Shown piece after piece: positions 10,918-22,700 of a DNA stretch of 64,000 nucleotides. A model generated the notes under the pieces. The model made no database searches. It was given only the letters and a program-made list of their open reading frames with translations, and was not told the DNA's origin. The stretch is from NCBI GenBank assembly GCA_024400835.1, contig JAKSMC010000015.1:1859-65858 (forward strand), written 5' to 3'. The position numbers and the translations under genes are program-made. The stretch is from Bacteroidales bacterium (GTDB taxonomy: Bacteria > Bacteroidota > Bacteroidia > Bacteroidales > WCHB1-69). Each line of letters opens with the position of its first letter. Position 1 is the stretch's first letter.

Positions 10918-11814
10918 ATGAAAAGAGCACTATTAACCAGCATACTATTCTTTGCGATTCTTCTTGTGAGCGCACAACAACCGCAACGAAATCCAGAGTC
11001 CGAAAGCAGGACTTACAAAGTCATGTCGTTCAACATCCGCATGAGTGGATTTTCCCAAAGTGATGGCATCAATGCCTGGAGCAACCGCAAAGAGGCTGTC
11101 ATCAACATGATTCATGACGTGGACGCCGACTTTTTCGGTGTGCAGGAAATGCTGCCCGACCAGAAGCAGTATCTTCGCAAGCACCTCAAAGAATATGGCA
11201 TGGTGGGTGTCGGCCGCGACGATGGCAAGAACGAAGGCGAATGCATGGCCATTTTCTACAAGAAAAAAGACTTCAAACTGATAAAAGGACGCACCTTCTG
11301 GCTGAGCGAAACGCCCGAGGCCGTTTCCAAAGGCTGGGACGCAGCCTGCAAAAGAACGCTGACCTACACTTGCCTGCAAGACAAGAGAAACAATCAGAAC
11401 ATCTACTATTTCAACACACATCTTGACCACATGGGCAAAATAGCAAGACGCGAGTCCGTGAAGCTCATCTGCCGCATCATTGATTCCATCTGCCCACAGA
11501 AGGAACTCGTGCCTGTGATTCTGAGCGGCGACATGAACTCCACCATTGAGGATGACATCTTCAGACCTTTTGAAAAGAACGGGATGGCGGCCTCCCGCAA
11601 CAAAGCGAAAAAGAGCAGTTCCTTAGACACATACAATGCCTACGACAAAGACGGCACCTTCGTCACGAACAAAGGAGCCCACGTGATTGACCACTTCTTC
11701 AACAGCGCATGCGTTGAAGTAGCCGAATTCCAAACTAATGTCAAAGACTACGGGGTGCCTTATATATCAGACCACTACCCTATCATCCTCACATTCAGCA
11801 TAAAGAAAAAATAA
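10918..11814 (+). CDS. Secreted endonuclease/exonuclease/phosphatase (EEP) family protein
   Basis: Signal peptide; MSFNIR, GVQE, NTHLDH, GDMN and SDHYP motifs. Confidence 0.9.
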   Translation: MKRALLTSILFFAILLVSAQQPQRNPESESRTYKVMSFNIRMSGFSQSDGINAWSNRKEAVINMIHDVDADFFGVQEMLPDQKQYLRKHLKEYGMVGVGRDDGKNEGECMAIFYKKKDFKLIKGRTFWLSETPEAVSKGWDAACKRTLTYTCLQDKRNNQNIYYFNTHLDHMGKIARRESVKLICRIIDSICPQKELVPVILSGDMNSTIEDDIFRPFEKNGMAASRNKAKKSSSLDTYNAYDKDGTFVTNKGAHVIDHFFNSACVEVAEFQTNVKDYGVPYISDHYPIILTFSIKKK

Positions 11815-11868
11815 ACAGACATCACAATATAGAACTAATTAGAACGTTACTCAAACGTTATTTTGATT

Positions 11869-12801
11869 ATGAAAAAGACGATACTCTTCTCCATTTTAGC
11901 ATGTATGATTGCCTGTCTGTCAAGTTGTGACAAGACAGATCTGACGCCGGCATATATATACATCACCGCTGAGGACCTTGAAAACTGCGTGAACGTCAGC
12001 ACGTTCAACACAGACCACGACCTCCATTTCGACAGCGAGCAACTCAGCGCCCTGCAGCAGCACTCCTTCACGCACGTAAACGTGACGGTCAACAACAAGA
12101 ATCTCGGCTGTTGGCAGCTCCCGTGTAAAGTCCCCGTGCTGGGCGTCAATGAAAACGACTCCTCGACTTTGGAAATCGTGCCCTGCTTCAAAATGACGGG
12201 TATGAACCACACCATCAAAGGTTATCCGTTTTTCGACAGACTCAAGCAGAAAATAATGCTCAGAAAGAACGAAACCTACAATGTATCCAGCAATCCTCCG
12301 AAGTTCAAATACAGCACTTACACGCGTTTTCCAATGTTTGAGACCTTTTCAAACAGTTCGTCCTTCACTCCCACAGATTCCACCAACACGCACGGTTTCT
12401 TTCCGACGGAGGTGGACGGAAGAACCGTTGGCGAACTTGTTTTGGAAGACGAGAATGCCAGTTTCGATTTGAAATCTGTGGGCCTCACCTTGCCCACCTA
12501 CAACTATCGTGTGTTCCTCGAAGTGAACTACAAGACCGAAGGAGACATTGAAATCGGCATGCAGCTTTCCACAGCGCACAACCCCAACACCGTATATCCG
12601 TTAGGCGGCATTTTCGCATCCAACGGCGAGTGGAAGACCATCTATTTCGAACTGACCAACATCATTCACAATTACAACAATTACTCTGGGGCGGCAGCCA
12701 CTGTAGGCACTTTGTTTTTCAGCGGCATCGGCAATGCCGGCGGCGCCCCGACTCATTTTTACATTGACAACGTAAAAGTCATTTATCAACCTGGTTCCTA
12801 A
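11869..12801 (+). CDS. Hypothetical lipoprotein
   Basis: Lipobox LSSC; beta-rich C-terminus ending FYIDNVKV. Confidence 0.7.
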   Translation: MKKTILFSILACMIACLSSCDKTDLTPAYIYITAEDLENCVNVSTFNTDHDLHFDSEQLSALQQHSFTHVNVTVNNKNLGCWQLPCKVPVLGVNENDSSTLEIVPCFKMTGMNHTIKGYPFFDRLKQKIMLRKNETYNVSSNPPKFKYSTYTRFPMFETFSNSSSFTPTDSTNTHGFFPTEVDGRTVGELVLEDENASFDLKSVGLTLPTYNYRVFLEVNYKTEGDIEIGMQLSTAHNPNTVYPLGGIFASNGEWKTIYFELTNIIHNYNNYSGAAATVGTLFFSGIGNAGGAPTHFYIDNVKVIYQPGS

Positions 12802-12807
12802 TCCTTC

Positions 12808-14229
12808 ATGAACAAAAAGAGACTCACCTTTCTATACATCTTATTCGACGTACTCGCATCCATTATCACCTGGGGGTGCTTCTACATTTACCGCAAGCAT
12901 ATCGGCGAAGGTCTTGATTTCAGTGCCATCGGCAACGCCATGGCCGGCGACCCCAAATTCTTCTGGGGCCTGCTGCTCTGTCCTATTTACTGGATAATCC
13001 TCCATGCCTTTATCGGCTATTACAATAAGATTTATAGAAAATCACGGTTGAACGAGTTGGGCACCACCTTGGGAATCACTTTATTTGGCGCCCTTATTTT
13101 CTTCTTCGCCTTTATTTTGGATGACATCGTAACCACGCCGAACGACTACGTGCGCTACATGCTGTTCCTTTTTGCCGTACAATTTCTGACTACGTACATT
13201 CCGCGCGTCATCATTACCACACGCATCAACCACAAGATTCACGACGGCGAGATCGGCTTCAACACTATCATCATCGGCAATGACGAAAAAGCGCTTCAGG
13301 CATATAACACGGTGACACAGCAAAATCCGCGCTCCGGCAACCTGTTAGTCGGATACGTCAAGGTTGAAGAAGGCACTGAAGATGTTTTGGACGGCAAGCT
13401 CAACTGCTTGGGCACCATTTCCAAACTGGCAGACATCATCAACGACAACCATATCGAAGAACTGATCATCGCGCTGCACAACGGCCAACGCAAATACATC
13501 GAGCAGGTCGTGCTCATGGCGCGAGACAACCACAACCTCACGCTCAGCGTAATACCACAGCATCAGGATTTCGTGCTCGGCACAGTGAAGACGAACTCCG
13601 TGATGTACGAGCCGCTGATATCCATCACACCGGAATATCTGCCTACCTGGCAGCGATTCATCAAGCGCGGCTGCGACTTCATCTTCTCCCTTATCGCGCT
13701 CATCCTTTTGCTGCCGCTGTACATCTTCTTAGCCATCGGAGTGAAGAAGTCCTCCCCGGGACCTATCTTCTATAAGCAGGAACGTATCGGTTTCAGAGGA
13801 AAGCCTTTCAATATTATCAAGTTCCGTTCGATGCGCCAAGATGCCGAAGAATCAGGCCCGATGCTATCCTCCAAGTCGGACGACCGCATCACCAAATTCG
13901 GCAAGTTCATGCGCCAGTATCGTTTGGACGAGACCCCGCAGTTCTACAACGTGCTCATCGGCGATATGTCATTGGTAGGCCCGCGCCCGGAACGCCAATA
14001 TTATATTGATAAAATCACAGAACGTGCGCCCTACTACAAACTGCTGCTCGGCATCAAACCCGGCATCACATCCTGGGGGCAGGTCAAATTCGGCTATGCT
14101 GAAAATGTGGACGAAATGATTGAGCGCCTCCGCTGGGACATTCTCTACATTGAGAACATGTCTCTCCAAATGGACATCAAAATCCTCATCTACACCGTAC
14201 TTATCGTCTTAAAGAAAGAAGGCAAATAG
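12808..14229 (+). CDS. Polyprenyl-phosphate glycosylphosphotransferase (WcaJ/WbaP-type sugar transferase)
   Basis: N-terminal TM helices; KFRSM, DDRIT, LDETPQ..NVL.GDMSLVGPRPE and KPGIT motifs. Confidence 0.92.
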   Translation: MNKKRLTFLYILFDVLASIITWGCFYIYRKHIGEGLDFSAIGNAMAGDPKFFWGLLLCPIYWIILHAFIGYYNKIYRKSRLNELGTTLGITLFGALIFFFAFILDDIVTTPNDYVRYMLFLFAVQFLTTYIPRVIITTRINHKIHDGEIGFNTIIIGNDEKALQAYNTVTQQNPRSGNLLVGYVKVEEGTEDVLDGKLNCLGTISKLADIINDNHIEELIIALHNGQRKYIEQVVLMARDNHNLTLSVIPQHQDFVLGTVKTNSVMYEPLISITPEYLPTWQRFIKRGCDFIFSLIALILLLPLYIFLAIGVKKSSPGPIFYKQERIGFRGKPFNIIKFRSMRQDAEESGPMLSSKSDDRITKFGKFMRQYRLDETPQFYNVLIGDMSLVGPRPERQYYIDKITERAPYYKLLLGIKPGITSWGQVKFGYAENVDEMIERLRWDILYIENMSLQMDIKILIYTVLIVLKKEGK

Positions 14230-14258
14230 ATCTGCCAACACTTTTGGTGACATCTCTT

Positions 14259-15515
14259 ATGAAAAAAATTTTTTCCTTATTCTTTTTATTAACAGTTTTC
14301 GGACTCTCCTCCGGCTACTGTCAAAACAGCCTCTCCGCCAGGAAAATCGACCAACTGCTCAACTTCTATGCTAAAGCGATGGCTGAGGAATGCCCCATCG
14401 CTTTAAACGACAAGGGCAATATCACAGACCTTCGTTATAAGGACAAGGAATTCTATATGGACATTGTCCTGTACGAAAATCCAACATTCTTCAAATCTGT
14501 ATCTGACAATCCTGCATTATATAAAAAAACCTATGCCGCAGCTTGGTACTATCTCCTGCAAGAAGTCTGTAATGCTGACTTCCGCTATAAAGGTTTAACC
14601 CTTACAGAAGAGCAACTCTATTCACACATCACGGGAACCAATATTTTGATAATTGAAAAGAACACGCACAAAAGTATAGAGCTCAAAATTCCCACCGCAG
14701 ACATTATCAAAGCCAAAGATTACAAATTTGGAGAGTTCCTGGAAGACGAAATCAATCGCGAAGACTTTATTCAAAACATCACCGAAGAACAATATAAGGA
14801 AAGCGTCCGTGAAGAATCCAAGTCAACGTGCCCTATGGAGATGGGAAATATAACTATGGACAGCATGCAGTACGACAACAAAACACTCACCTATTACTAT
14901 TCATTGTCGTCAAAGAACCTTTTAACTAGTGACATAGGCGATTTAAAAGAAAAACTCGCAAGGCAGATCAAATCGAGAGGTCTGGACATTCCCCTTTACA
15001 AAAACATATTAAAATTCAATGCTGGAATTGCCTACAACTACTATATATACGATCTCGATAGTAATTACAACATACGTTTTGAGCCCGAGGAATTGGCTGC
15101 ATTGCTTTCGATAACGGATGAGGAGTCCTCAGCAAATTCAATCGAGGCATTGAAAGATCTTTGCTACAATCAAAATCTTGCATGTCCGACAAAAATAGAC
15201 GACCTCACCATACTGGATTCCGCCACACTTTCCAACAATCGACTTATTTTTCACTATACAGTTACGGAACATGCGCAATATACAATCAGTACTATGCAAG
15301 AGAACAAAGATCTGATTAAGGCAAGTTTTATAACATCTTTGGAAAACCCCGACAATCCCATTGGATCATACTTCATAAAATCCTGTGCAAAAGCCCAATA
15401 CGGGATTACGCACATCTACAGCACCCAAGATCACATGAAGACTGCTACAATAGATATTTCTGCAGAAGAAATTAAAGATATTTCAAAATCGATTCCAGAC
15501 GTCAACAATGATTAG
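14259..15515 (+). CDS. Secreted hypothetical protein with three CP-initiated repeat domains
   Basis: Signal peptide; repeats ECPIALND..ITDLRY, TCPMEMG..TMDSMQY, ACPTKIDD.TILDSA. Confidence 0.65.
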   Translation: MKKIFSLFFLLTVFGLSSGYCQNSLSARKIDQLLNFYAKAMAEECPIALNDKGNITDLRYKDKEFYMDIVLYENPTFFKSVSDNPALYKKTYAAAWYYLLQEVCNADFRYKGLTLTEEQLYSHITGTNILIIEKNTHKSIELKIPTADIIKAKDYKFGEFLEDEINREDFIQNITEEQYKESVREESKSTCPMEMGNITMDSMQYDNKTLTYYYSLSSKNLLTSDIGDLKEKLARQIKSRGLDIPLYKNILKFNAGIAYNYYIYDLDSNYNIRFEPEELAALLSITDEESSANSIEALKDLCYNQNLACPTKIDDLTILDSATLSNNRLIFHYTVTEHAQYTISTMQENKDLIKASFITSLENPDNPIGSYFIKSCAKAQYGITHIYSTQDHMKTATIDISAEEIKDISKSIPDVNND

Positions 15516-16143
15516 GAACATTATTTTCGATTTCGGCGGAGTGCTTTACGACATCCGCTATCAGAACATACCAGAGGCATTCGAGCGCTGCGGGCTGCAC
15601 AATTTCGAAGAAATCTACAGCAAGCAACATCAGAATGACGTGATGGACCAATACGAAGAAGGACTCATCAGTACAGAAGCGCTCCGCACGTACATTCACT
15701 CCCTGACAGACAGCACACTCACAGACCAGCAGATCGACGACTGCTGGAACGCCATCTTGTTAGGATTTCCCACGAGACACGAAGAGATGCTGCGCAATGT
15801 CAGCCAGCAGTACAATCTGTACCTATTCAGCAACACCAACCAACTCAACTACGAGCAGTTCCGCGCCGCAATGCGCGAGCAGTTCGGGTTCGACATCTTC
15901 GACAAATATTTCCAACGTTGCTATTTTTCCCAACTCATGCACATCCGCAAGCCCAAGGAAGAGGGCTTCCGCAAAATCATAGCCGAGAACAATTTAGTAC
16001 CCGCAGATACACTTTTCATTGACGACTCGCCACAACACCTCGTCGGGGCGCGCGCCTGCGGTTTGCAAACCATCCACCTCCAAGACGGCATGGATGTGAC
16101 AGAACTGTTTGATGAAAGCGGCAAACTGAAAGCCGGATTTTAG
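15508..16143 (+). CDS. HAD-family phosphatase (YihX-like)
   Basis: IIFDFGGV, FSNTN, RKP and FIDD motifs. Confidence 0.9.
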   Translation: MIRNIIFDFGGVLYDIRYQNIPEAFERCGLHNFEEIYSKQHQNDVMDQYEEGLISTEALRTYIHSLTDSTLTDQQIDDCWNAILLGFPTRHEEMLRNVSQQYNLYLFSNTNQLNYEQFRAAMREQFGFDIFDKYFQRCYFSQLMHIRKPKEEGFRKIIAENNLVPADTLFIDDSPQHLVGARACGLQTIHLQDGMDVTELFDESGKLKAGF

Positions 16144-17081
16144 TTCTCCTTGGCACGGCTCGTCGTCACCAAATAAACGCCAATGAGGATGAGCACAAGT
16201 GCCACGGGCTTGTTCCAAGTGAAGATATCCTGACCGAAAGCAATAGCCACGCAGGCCGTCACCACGGGTTGCAGGTTGCTGTACATGCTCACTGTCGTCG
16301 GGCGGATGAAGCGCAGGCTGACCGGCAGCAGGAAATAAGATACGACCGTGGCGAAAATCAGGACAGTGAACAAGCTGACATAGACGATGGCCGGTGCAGA
16401 TTCAAAGAAGATAGGGCAGCTTTCCGCTGAAAAGAAAGGAACAGCCATAGGCACGCAGATGATGCTGCCATACAGGAAAATCCATTTCATCATAGTGATA
16501 GGACTGTACCGTTTGGAGATGCCGCGGGTAAGCACCAGGTAACTGCCATAAAACAGGATGTTCACGAAGCAGAGGAGCAGTCCGAGCGGTGTGGCATTGG
16601 CATCCACGCCGATGGAAAACAGCACAATCATCAGAGCCCCGCCGATACCGACAAGCACGCCGAGGGACTTCCGCACGGAAATCGGCTCTTTCAGGAACAG
16701 TGCGGCCAAGAGCATCACTAATAGCGGACTGGTAGCGGACACCAACGAGACGTAGCAGGGAGACGTGAAGCGGAACGCCTCGGAAAAGGCAATCAAAGTG
16801 CCGGCAAGCACCACCCCACCCCACACGAAGATCCACATATCGTGCGAGGGCACGCGCTCCCGAACATAGTCGGTACCGAGCCGCGCGCGACCGCGGGCGT
16901 CCTGCCAAAGGGCCAAAAGCCAGAAGCCCGCAGTGCCAAACAGCATGCGCACTGCAGTAAACACGGCGGGAGCCATGTACGTGGGAACCACCGCCTTGGA
17001 ACAGTTCGGATTAATGCCGAAAATGATATATACGGCTAACGCGGCCAGATGGCCAATCCACTTTTTGCTGTTATTTTCCAT
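16140..17081 (-). CDS. DMT/EamA-family transporter
   Basis: About 10 TM helices in two EamA repeats (LFLKEP, NLQPV). Confidence 0.9.
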   Translation of the reverse strand: MENNSKKWIGHLAALAVYIIFGINPNCSKAVVPTYMAPAVFTAVRMLFGTAGFWLLALWQDARGRARLGTDYVRERVPSHDMWIFVWGGVVLAGTLIAFSEAFRFTSPCYVSLVSATSPLLVMLLAALFLKEPISVRKSLGVLVGIGGALMIVLFSIGVDANATPLGLLLCFVNILFYGSYLVLTRGISKRYSPITMMKWIFLYGSIICVPMAVPFFSAESCPIFFESAPAIVYVSLFTVLIFATVVSYFLLPVSLRFIRPTTVSMYSNLQPVVTACVAIAFGQDIFTWNKPVALVLILIGVYLVTTSRAKEN

Positions 17082-17092
17082 TGCTTTTTCTG

Positions 17093-17190
17093 CTTTTAGC
17101 CGTTAGCTCTTTATACCTTAAACCTTAAACTTTGACATTGACTTTTTTTTGGGCCTCACTTGAAACCTGAAACTTGAAGCTTGAAACCAA
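17093..17190. repeat. Intergenic microsatellite mosaic (GCCGTTA / AAACCTT / TTGACx / GAAACYT)
   Basis: Same block vocabulary as 7811-7945 and 18466-18630. Confidence 0.75.
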
Positions 17191-17252
17191 AATTGCACGT
17201 TGCATGTCAGCCACGCAACGTGCAATTTACTATTTGGGAGCCGACTGAAAAA

Positions 17253-18413
17253 TTAGTTCTTCAGGGCTGCGATTTCTTTGATAGCATTGATACAGGTGTC
17301 GATTTCCTCTTCTGTGTTGAATGCACCGACACTCAAGCGGACAGTACCGTCGATTGGCAGCGTTCCGAGGCGTTCGTGAACGAGCGGAGCGCACTGCAGA
17401 CCGGTACGGCAAGCGATATCGTAATCGACATCCAGCATCGTACCAACATCCATAGCTTCGAAGCCGCGGACGTTGAGAGAGAGCACCGGATTCTGGTTCT
17501 CAACGGAGGTGGCGCAGTAAACGGTAACGCCTTCTACATTGCGCACACCGTCAACGAGACGCTTCCAGAGTTTCATTTCCTGGTCGTGGATATTCTGGAT
17601 GCCCTTTTCGGTGATCCATTTCACGCCACGGTAAAGGCCGCTGATACCCAACATATTCATAGTACCTGCTTCCAGACGGTAAGGATATTCGTCCAAGTGT
17701 GTACGGACAGCGGAACGGACGCCCGTGCCACCGAAGCGGGTTTGGCGAACTTCGACGCCTTCGCTCACGTAGGAGCCGCCGATACCGGTCGGTCCCATCA
17801 GGCACTTGTGGCCCGTGAAAGCGTATGCGGACACGCCGTAGTCAATCATATTCATCTCTACAGCACCTGCGCCTTGGCTACCGTCAACGACGAAAATCAG
17901 GCCGTTTTCCTGGCAGACCTTACCGATTTCTTTGATCGGTTGAACCGTACCGATGACGTTGGAGCATTGGGTGCAGACCACCATCTTGGTATTGGATTTG
18001 ATAGCCTTCTTGAAATCATCAGGATGAACGTAGCCAGCCTCATCAAACGGGAGATAGGTAACCTCGATGATGCCTTGTTGCTCGAGGCAGTACAACGGAC
18101 GGAGCACGGAGTTGTGTTCCAACATCGTGGTAATGACGTGAGAGCCTTTTTGAGCAAGACCCTGGATGAGGATATTCAGAGAATCGGTTGCGTTATAGCT
18201 GAATGTCAGGCGGCGTTCGTCGACCTTGGCGCCACCGTTGAACAACTGGGAGAGCAAGCGACGGGTGTCCGTCAGAAGTTCACCGGTTTCGATACCAGCG
18301 TCGTAGCCGGCACGCCCGGGGCTCACACCATGTTCACGGTAAAACACATCCATAAAATCGTAAACCTCTTTGGGTTTAGGATAAGAAGTTGCTGAATTGT
18401 CTAAGTAAATCAT
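17253..18413 (-). CDS. Class V PLP aminotransferase / cysteine desulfurase family protein
   Basis: IYLDNSATS, EHNSV, DGSQ, TGHK (PLP Lys) and RTGLQCAP (catalytic Cys). Confidence 0.9.
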   Translation of the reverse strand: MIYLDNSATSYPKPKEVYDFMDVFYREHGVSPGRAGYDAGIETGELLTDTRRLLSQLFNGGAKVDERRLTFSYNATDSLNILIQGLAQKGSHVITTMLEHNSVLRPLYCLEQQGIIEVTYLPFDEAGYVHPDDFKKAIKSNTKMVVCTQCSNVIGTVQPIKEIGKVCQENGLIFVVDGSQGAGAVEMNMIDYGVSAYAFTGHKCLMGPTGIGGSYVSEGVEVRQTRFGGTGVRSAVRTHLDEYPYRLEAGTMNMLGISGLYRGVKWITEKGIQNIHDQEMKLWKRLVDGVRNVEGVTVYCATSVENQNPVLSLNVRGFEAMDVGTMLDVDYDIACRTGLQCAPLVHERLGTLPIDGTVRLSVGAFNTEEEIDTCINAIKEIAALKN

Positions 18414-18465
18414 AAGCGTTGTTTTTAAAAACGGCCGCAAAGATACAATTTATTTTGAGACTCCG

Positions 18466-18630
18466 CACCTCTCACTTCTCACTTTGACTATTGACTTTGA
18501 CGTTGACTTTTGGGGAGTCTCTGTTTAAACTTTAAACCTTAAACTTTAAACATTTGCTATCAAGAACGGCCCTTGCACACCTGAGTGATTTTCTTGAAAC
18601 TTGAAACCTGAAACTTGAAACCTGGAAACC
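18466..18630. repeat. Intergenic microsatellite mosaic (TCTCACT / TTGACx / AAACYTT / GAAACYT)
   Basis: Tandem units read directly. Confidence 0.8.
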
Positions 18631-18741
18631 ATCCTGACAGCCATGCTGAAAAAATAACAAAATATTTGTAGTAATTCGTTTCTGCATTTTTTCTATCTTT
18701 GCGCGCTTTTTTTGAAAATACAAACTTAACTCCACATAACA

Positions 18742-19692
18742 ATGAAAAAGATCTTAGTCATTGGTGCCTGCGGACAAATCGGTTCCGAATTGACACCCGC
18801 ATTACGCAAACAATACGGCACAGACAACGTCATTGCCGCTGATATGATTTATCCTTTGAAGGGCGATTTGGCTGATGCCGGTCCTTCATGCAAAATCGAC
18901 GCAACAAATGCACAGGACATCGCTGATGCTGTGAAGAAATACAACATCGACGCCATCTTCAATCTGGCTGCCATTCTGTCTGCCAAGGCTGAAGCCAATC
19001 CTATGTTAGGTTGGAACGTCGGTATCGGCGCACTGCTCAACTGCTTGGAAGTATCCCGCGAATTCGGCTGTTCACTTTTCACCCCGAGTTCTATCGGCGC
19101 ATTCGGTCCTGACACTCCGCACGACATGACTCCTCAAGATACGATTCAAAGACCGCGCACCATCTACGGTGTGACGAAAGTCACTGGCGAGTTGCTCAGC
19201 GACTACTACTTCAAACGCTTCGGTGTTGACACCCGTTCAGTACGTTTCCCGGGCCTCATCTCCAACGTCACCCTTCCTGGCGGCGGCACCACCGACTACG
19301 CCGTTGAAATCTACTACGCAGCAGTCAAAGGCGAAAAGTTCACCTGCCCTATCGCCAAAGGCACCTATATGGATATGATGTATATGCCGGACGCATTGAA
19401 GGCCGCTATGGACCTGATGGAAGCTGATCCTTCCAAGCTCATCCACAGAAACTCCTTCAACATCACCGCCATGAGCTTCGAACCGGAACAGATTTACGCT
19501 GAAATCAAAAAGCACATCCCGAACTTCGAAATGGAATACAAGTTTGACGAACTCCGCCAAGGCATCGCAGACTCCTGGCCAAACTGCATGGATGACCACT
19601 GCGCTCGCGAAGAATGGGGCTTCAAGCCGACCTACGACCTCGCTTCTATGACAGAAGATATGCTCAAAGTCCTCGGCGAGAAATACAAATAA
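18742..19692 (+). CDS. NAD-dependent epimerase/dehydratase family; probable SDR-type L-threonine 3-dehydrogenase
   Basis: GACGQIG, PSSIGAFG, YGVTK, GGGTTDYA and MMYMPD, matching GalE-like ThrDH. Confidence 0.85.
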   Translation: MKKILVIGACGQIGSELTPALRKQYGTDNVIAADMIYPLKGDLADAGPSCKIDATNAQDIADAVKKYNIDAIFNLAAILSAKAEANPMLGWNVGIGALLNCLEVSREFGCSLFTPSSIGAFGPDTPHDMTPQDTIQRPRTIYGVTKVTGELLSDYYFKRFGVDTRSVRFPGLISNVTLPGGGTTDYAVEIYYAAVKGEKFTCPIAKGTYMDMMYMPDALKAAMDLMEADPSKLIHRNSFNITAMSFEPEQIYAEIKKHIPNFEMEYKFDELRQGIADSWPNCMDDHCAREEWGFKPTYDLASMTEDMLKVLGEKYK

Positions 19693-19715
19693 CATCGACT
19701 TTGACTATTGACATT

Positions 19716-19747
19716 AACGGGCAGCCCTTTCGGACTGCCCGTTTTTT
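19716..19747 (+). terminator. Rho-independent terminator
   Basis: AACGGGCAG / CTGCCCGTT stem followed by a T-run. Confidence 0.8.
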
Positions 19748-19793
19748 GTTTTCCGCATCGCGTTATTTGTAAAAAACGCGGCGCTCCCCCCCG

Positions 19794-22700
19794 TTATTCG
19801 TGAATCTTCAATTTACAGTCCTGTTCATCAATCTGCCCCGACGCCTTCAATTGCTGCACGGCATCCTTGAATGCCGTATCCACATTGGCACCCCGACGGG
19901 TGAAGCCTAACTTCTTGGCGGCTAGCAGCGTCAGACTGTCCATCTGGATGGCAAATTGCTCCTGGATGGACTCTAAGACCACGTTTTTGATTTCAGCCAT
20001 CGGCACATCCGTGATGTCTCGACTGCTGTTGGGACGATACCACGGATAATTGTTGCTGTCTTCCTCGGTAAGCCAAATGGTCTGACCTTGGTTTTCGAAC
20101 TCAACGAAGAACGAGCGACTGATAACCTCCGCCAGTGTACGCTGCAAGGTGGGCGTCACACGCCCCAGCTCACGCAACGCGCATACTCTGCGACAAAGCA
20201 ATGCAAAACTGATAGGCTGTTCCACCTTCAGGATATTCTCAACCAATGCTTTATCTGAAAAATGAGCCGCTTCTGCTGGCGTCAAGTTTATTTCCTGATA
20301 AGGCTTTGCATGGTTGGATTCCATTGCCATTACAACCGCCTCTTTCGAGACATCGAACACCTGCTTTACTGGTGCCGGCTCGTTGGGCTTATCACTCTGC
20401 ATACGCTCCACAATTCTGTCAAGCACGCGTTGCGGGTTATTGAACCAATCCACGCTCCAGACGCGCATCACCTGCCAGTTGAGCGAGTTCAGGACAGAAG
20501 GTTGTACAATCTCGCGGTCGCGGGTGGTCTGCGTGTCACGATAGCCCGTGCCATCCAACAAGATGCCTAATTTGTAAGCATCAGGTGAGGATTTCTCCGC
20601 AATGGCCACATCCACTTTGAAGTGGGAGCGGCCGATTTCCGTGTCTGCCACATAGCCCATCTTCTTCAACTCCTTGGCAATCTGCTCGGCCACAATCACA
20701 TCTTGCGTATCCACGGAGGTCGCTACAGAAGTGACCAACGACTGTGTTTCAGCATATTCCAAGAAGTGCTTCAACCCCTCAACGCCTTTGGCCTTGGAGC
20801 GGCGAAGGTCGACCTGTGCGGCGCGCAAGGTCGAGTATACGATCATCTCCTGACGGGCACGGCTTACCGCTACATTCAGACGGCGTTCGCCACCACTGTT
20901 GTTCAGCGGTCCGAAGTTCATAGACACTTTGCCCTCTTTGTCTGGACCATAGCCGATGGAGAAGAGGATGACATCGCGCTCGTCGCCCTGTACATTCTCC
21001 AAGTTCTTGACAAAGATCGGCTCGTACATGGCATCGGCAGCCTCATGCAACTCCTTGTTCTGATCCAACAAGTCCACCAGAAGGTCTTCGATAAGGCTTT
21101 GTTGCACGACACTGAAGGCGATGACGCCAATGCTCTGCTGACAGAGCTTCGGGTCGCTCAAGCGGTGCTTGATTTCGTTCACGATGGCTTCCGCCTCCTT
21201 ACGGTTGCTGCGTTTGCCGCCTTTGTCGTAATAACCATCCACCGGAACATACTTGACCTTGGTGGTATGGTCATCCACAGACGGAAAGGTGATGAGCGAG
21301 CCATCATAGTATTCGTTATTGGAGAAGGCAATCAAACTTTCATGGCGGGAGCGGTAGTGCCAGTTGAGCTGCAGCGACGGCATCTCCAAGGTTCTACAAT
21401 CTTCCAAGATGCTTTCCATATCGTCGATGGCGGCCTCTTCCTCATCCACGTTGGTGGAAGAGAAGAAACTGGTCGGCGGCATCTGCTTCGGGTCGCCCAC
21501 TACGATGAGGGCCTTGCCACGGGCAATAGCGCCCACCGCTTCGCTGGTCGGCATCTGGGAGGCCTCGTCAAACACGACCAAGTCGAACTTGTCTTGCGTG
21601 AGGTCCAGATACTGCGCCACGCTCATCGGACTCATCAGCATACAGGGACACAGACGCGGCAGAAGAGTCGGAATCTGGTCGAAGAGGTCGCGCAGAGAGA
21701 GGCCGCGACCGCCATTGCTGACGTTACGGTTGAGCAGTCCGATTTCGCTGCTGGCATCCACATTGTCGCTCACTCTCGGCACGCGGGCCGCCAATCGAGC
21801 ATAGAGCTCTTTCTGCGTGAGCATCTGGAATTCTTCGGTCAGGCGGGCGTAAATCTTCACCCTTTCGTCGAAGATCATGCCCTCAAATGCGGACAGCAAT
21901 GGAGAAGACTCCATCTTGACCATCGCCTTCTGTTGGAAGAAGGTCTTTATGAAACTGTCGCGCAAATCGGCGGGCGTAAACTCGCCGTTTTCAAAGGCCT
22001 CCACCACACTGGCGAGTCCCTTCGTCTTCAGCTCTTCAGCGTATAGTGACCAGTGCAGCCAGTCGCGCATCTGCGGAGCGTTGTCAATCCAACGCTGCAA
22101 ATCTTGGCAAGCCGCCTGCATGCGCTCCTCTTTCGGCAGCACATCCTCTTCGCCCGTTTCCTGGAAATAGCAGGTCATGATGCTGCGTACCTTCTCGATT
22201 TCGTTGTGCTTCCGCTGATAGGAGATCAGATTCTCCAACAGAGCGTCAATGTCATTTTCAACAATATATTGATTATAGGTTTGCAGTTTCTTGATAAAGT
22301 TCTTCTTGGCAAAGATGCGGGGCAGGAACCACTTCGCCTTCGCCTTGCGCCATTCGTCATACAGAGCCTTGGAATCCGTTTGGAAGATGGACGGATCATT
22401 GTCGCGCAGCAACTGTTCCCGCAGCGACTTCGTATCCTTCAGTTCCTCACGACGTTGCCGGCAGTCGGACAGATACTGCAAATCCTCCTTCATGCGGGCC
22501 GTAAGTTCTGACGATGGTTTGCGTTCCTCATTATCCAAGCGGAGGCCTTTCAGTGGATGCTTGGAAGGTTGTCCGACGAGTTTCACCACAGCGTCCAGTT
22601 TGCCGCCCAAAAGTTCTTCAACAGCAGCAAAACCCTCTTTGGCTACCAGCTGGTCCAACGTCGGGTTGAGCACCTCGCCCTTCAGCAGTTCAGCGTTCAC

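Noticed and set aside
17181-18395. Long antisense ORFs (also 20622-22046, 24045-25124, 43280-44647, 5384-6235)
   Set aside because: Shadows of well-supported genes on the opposite strand with no motifs of their own.
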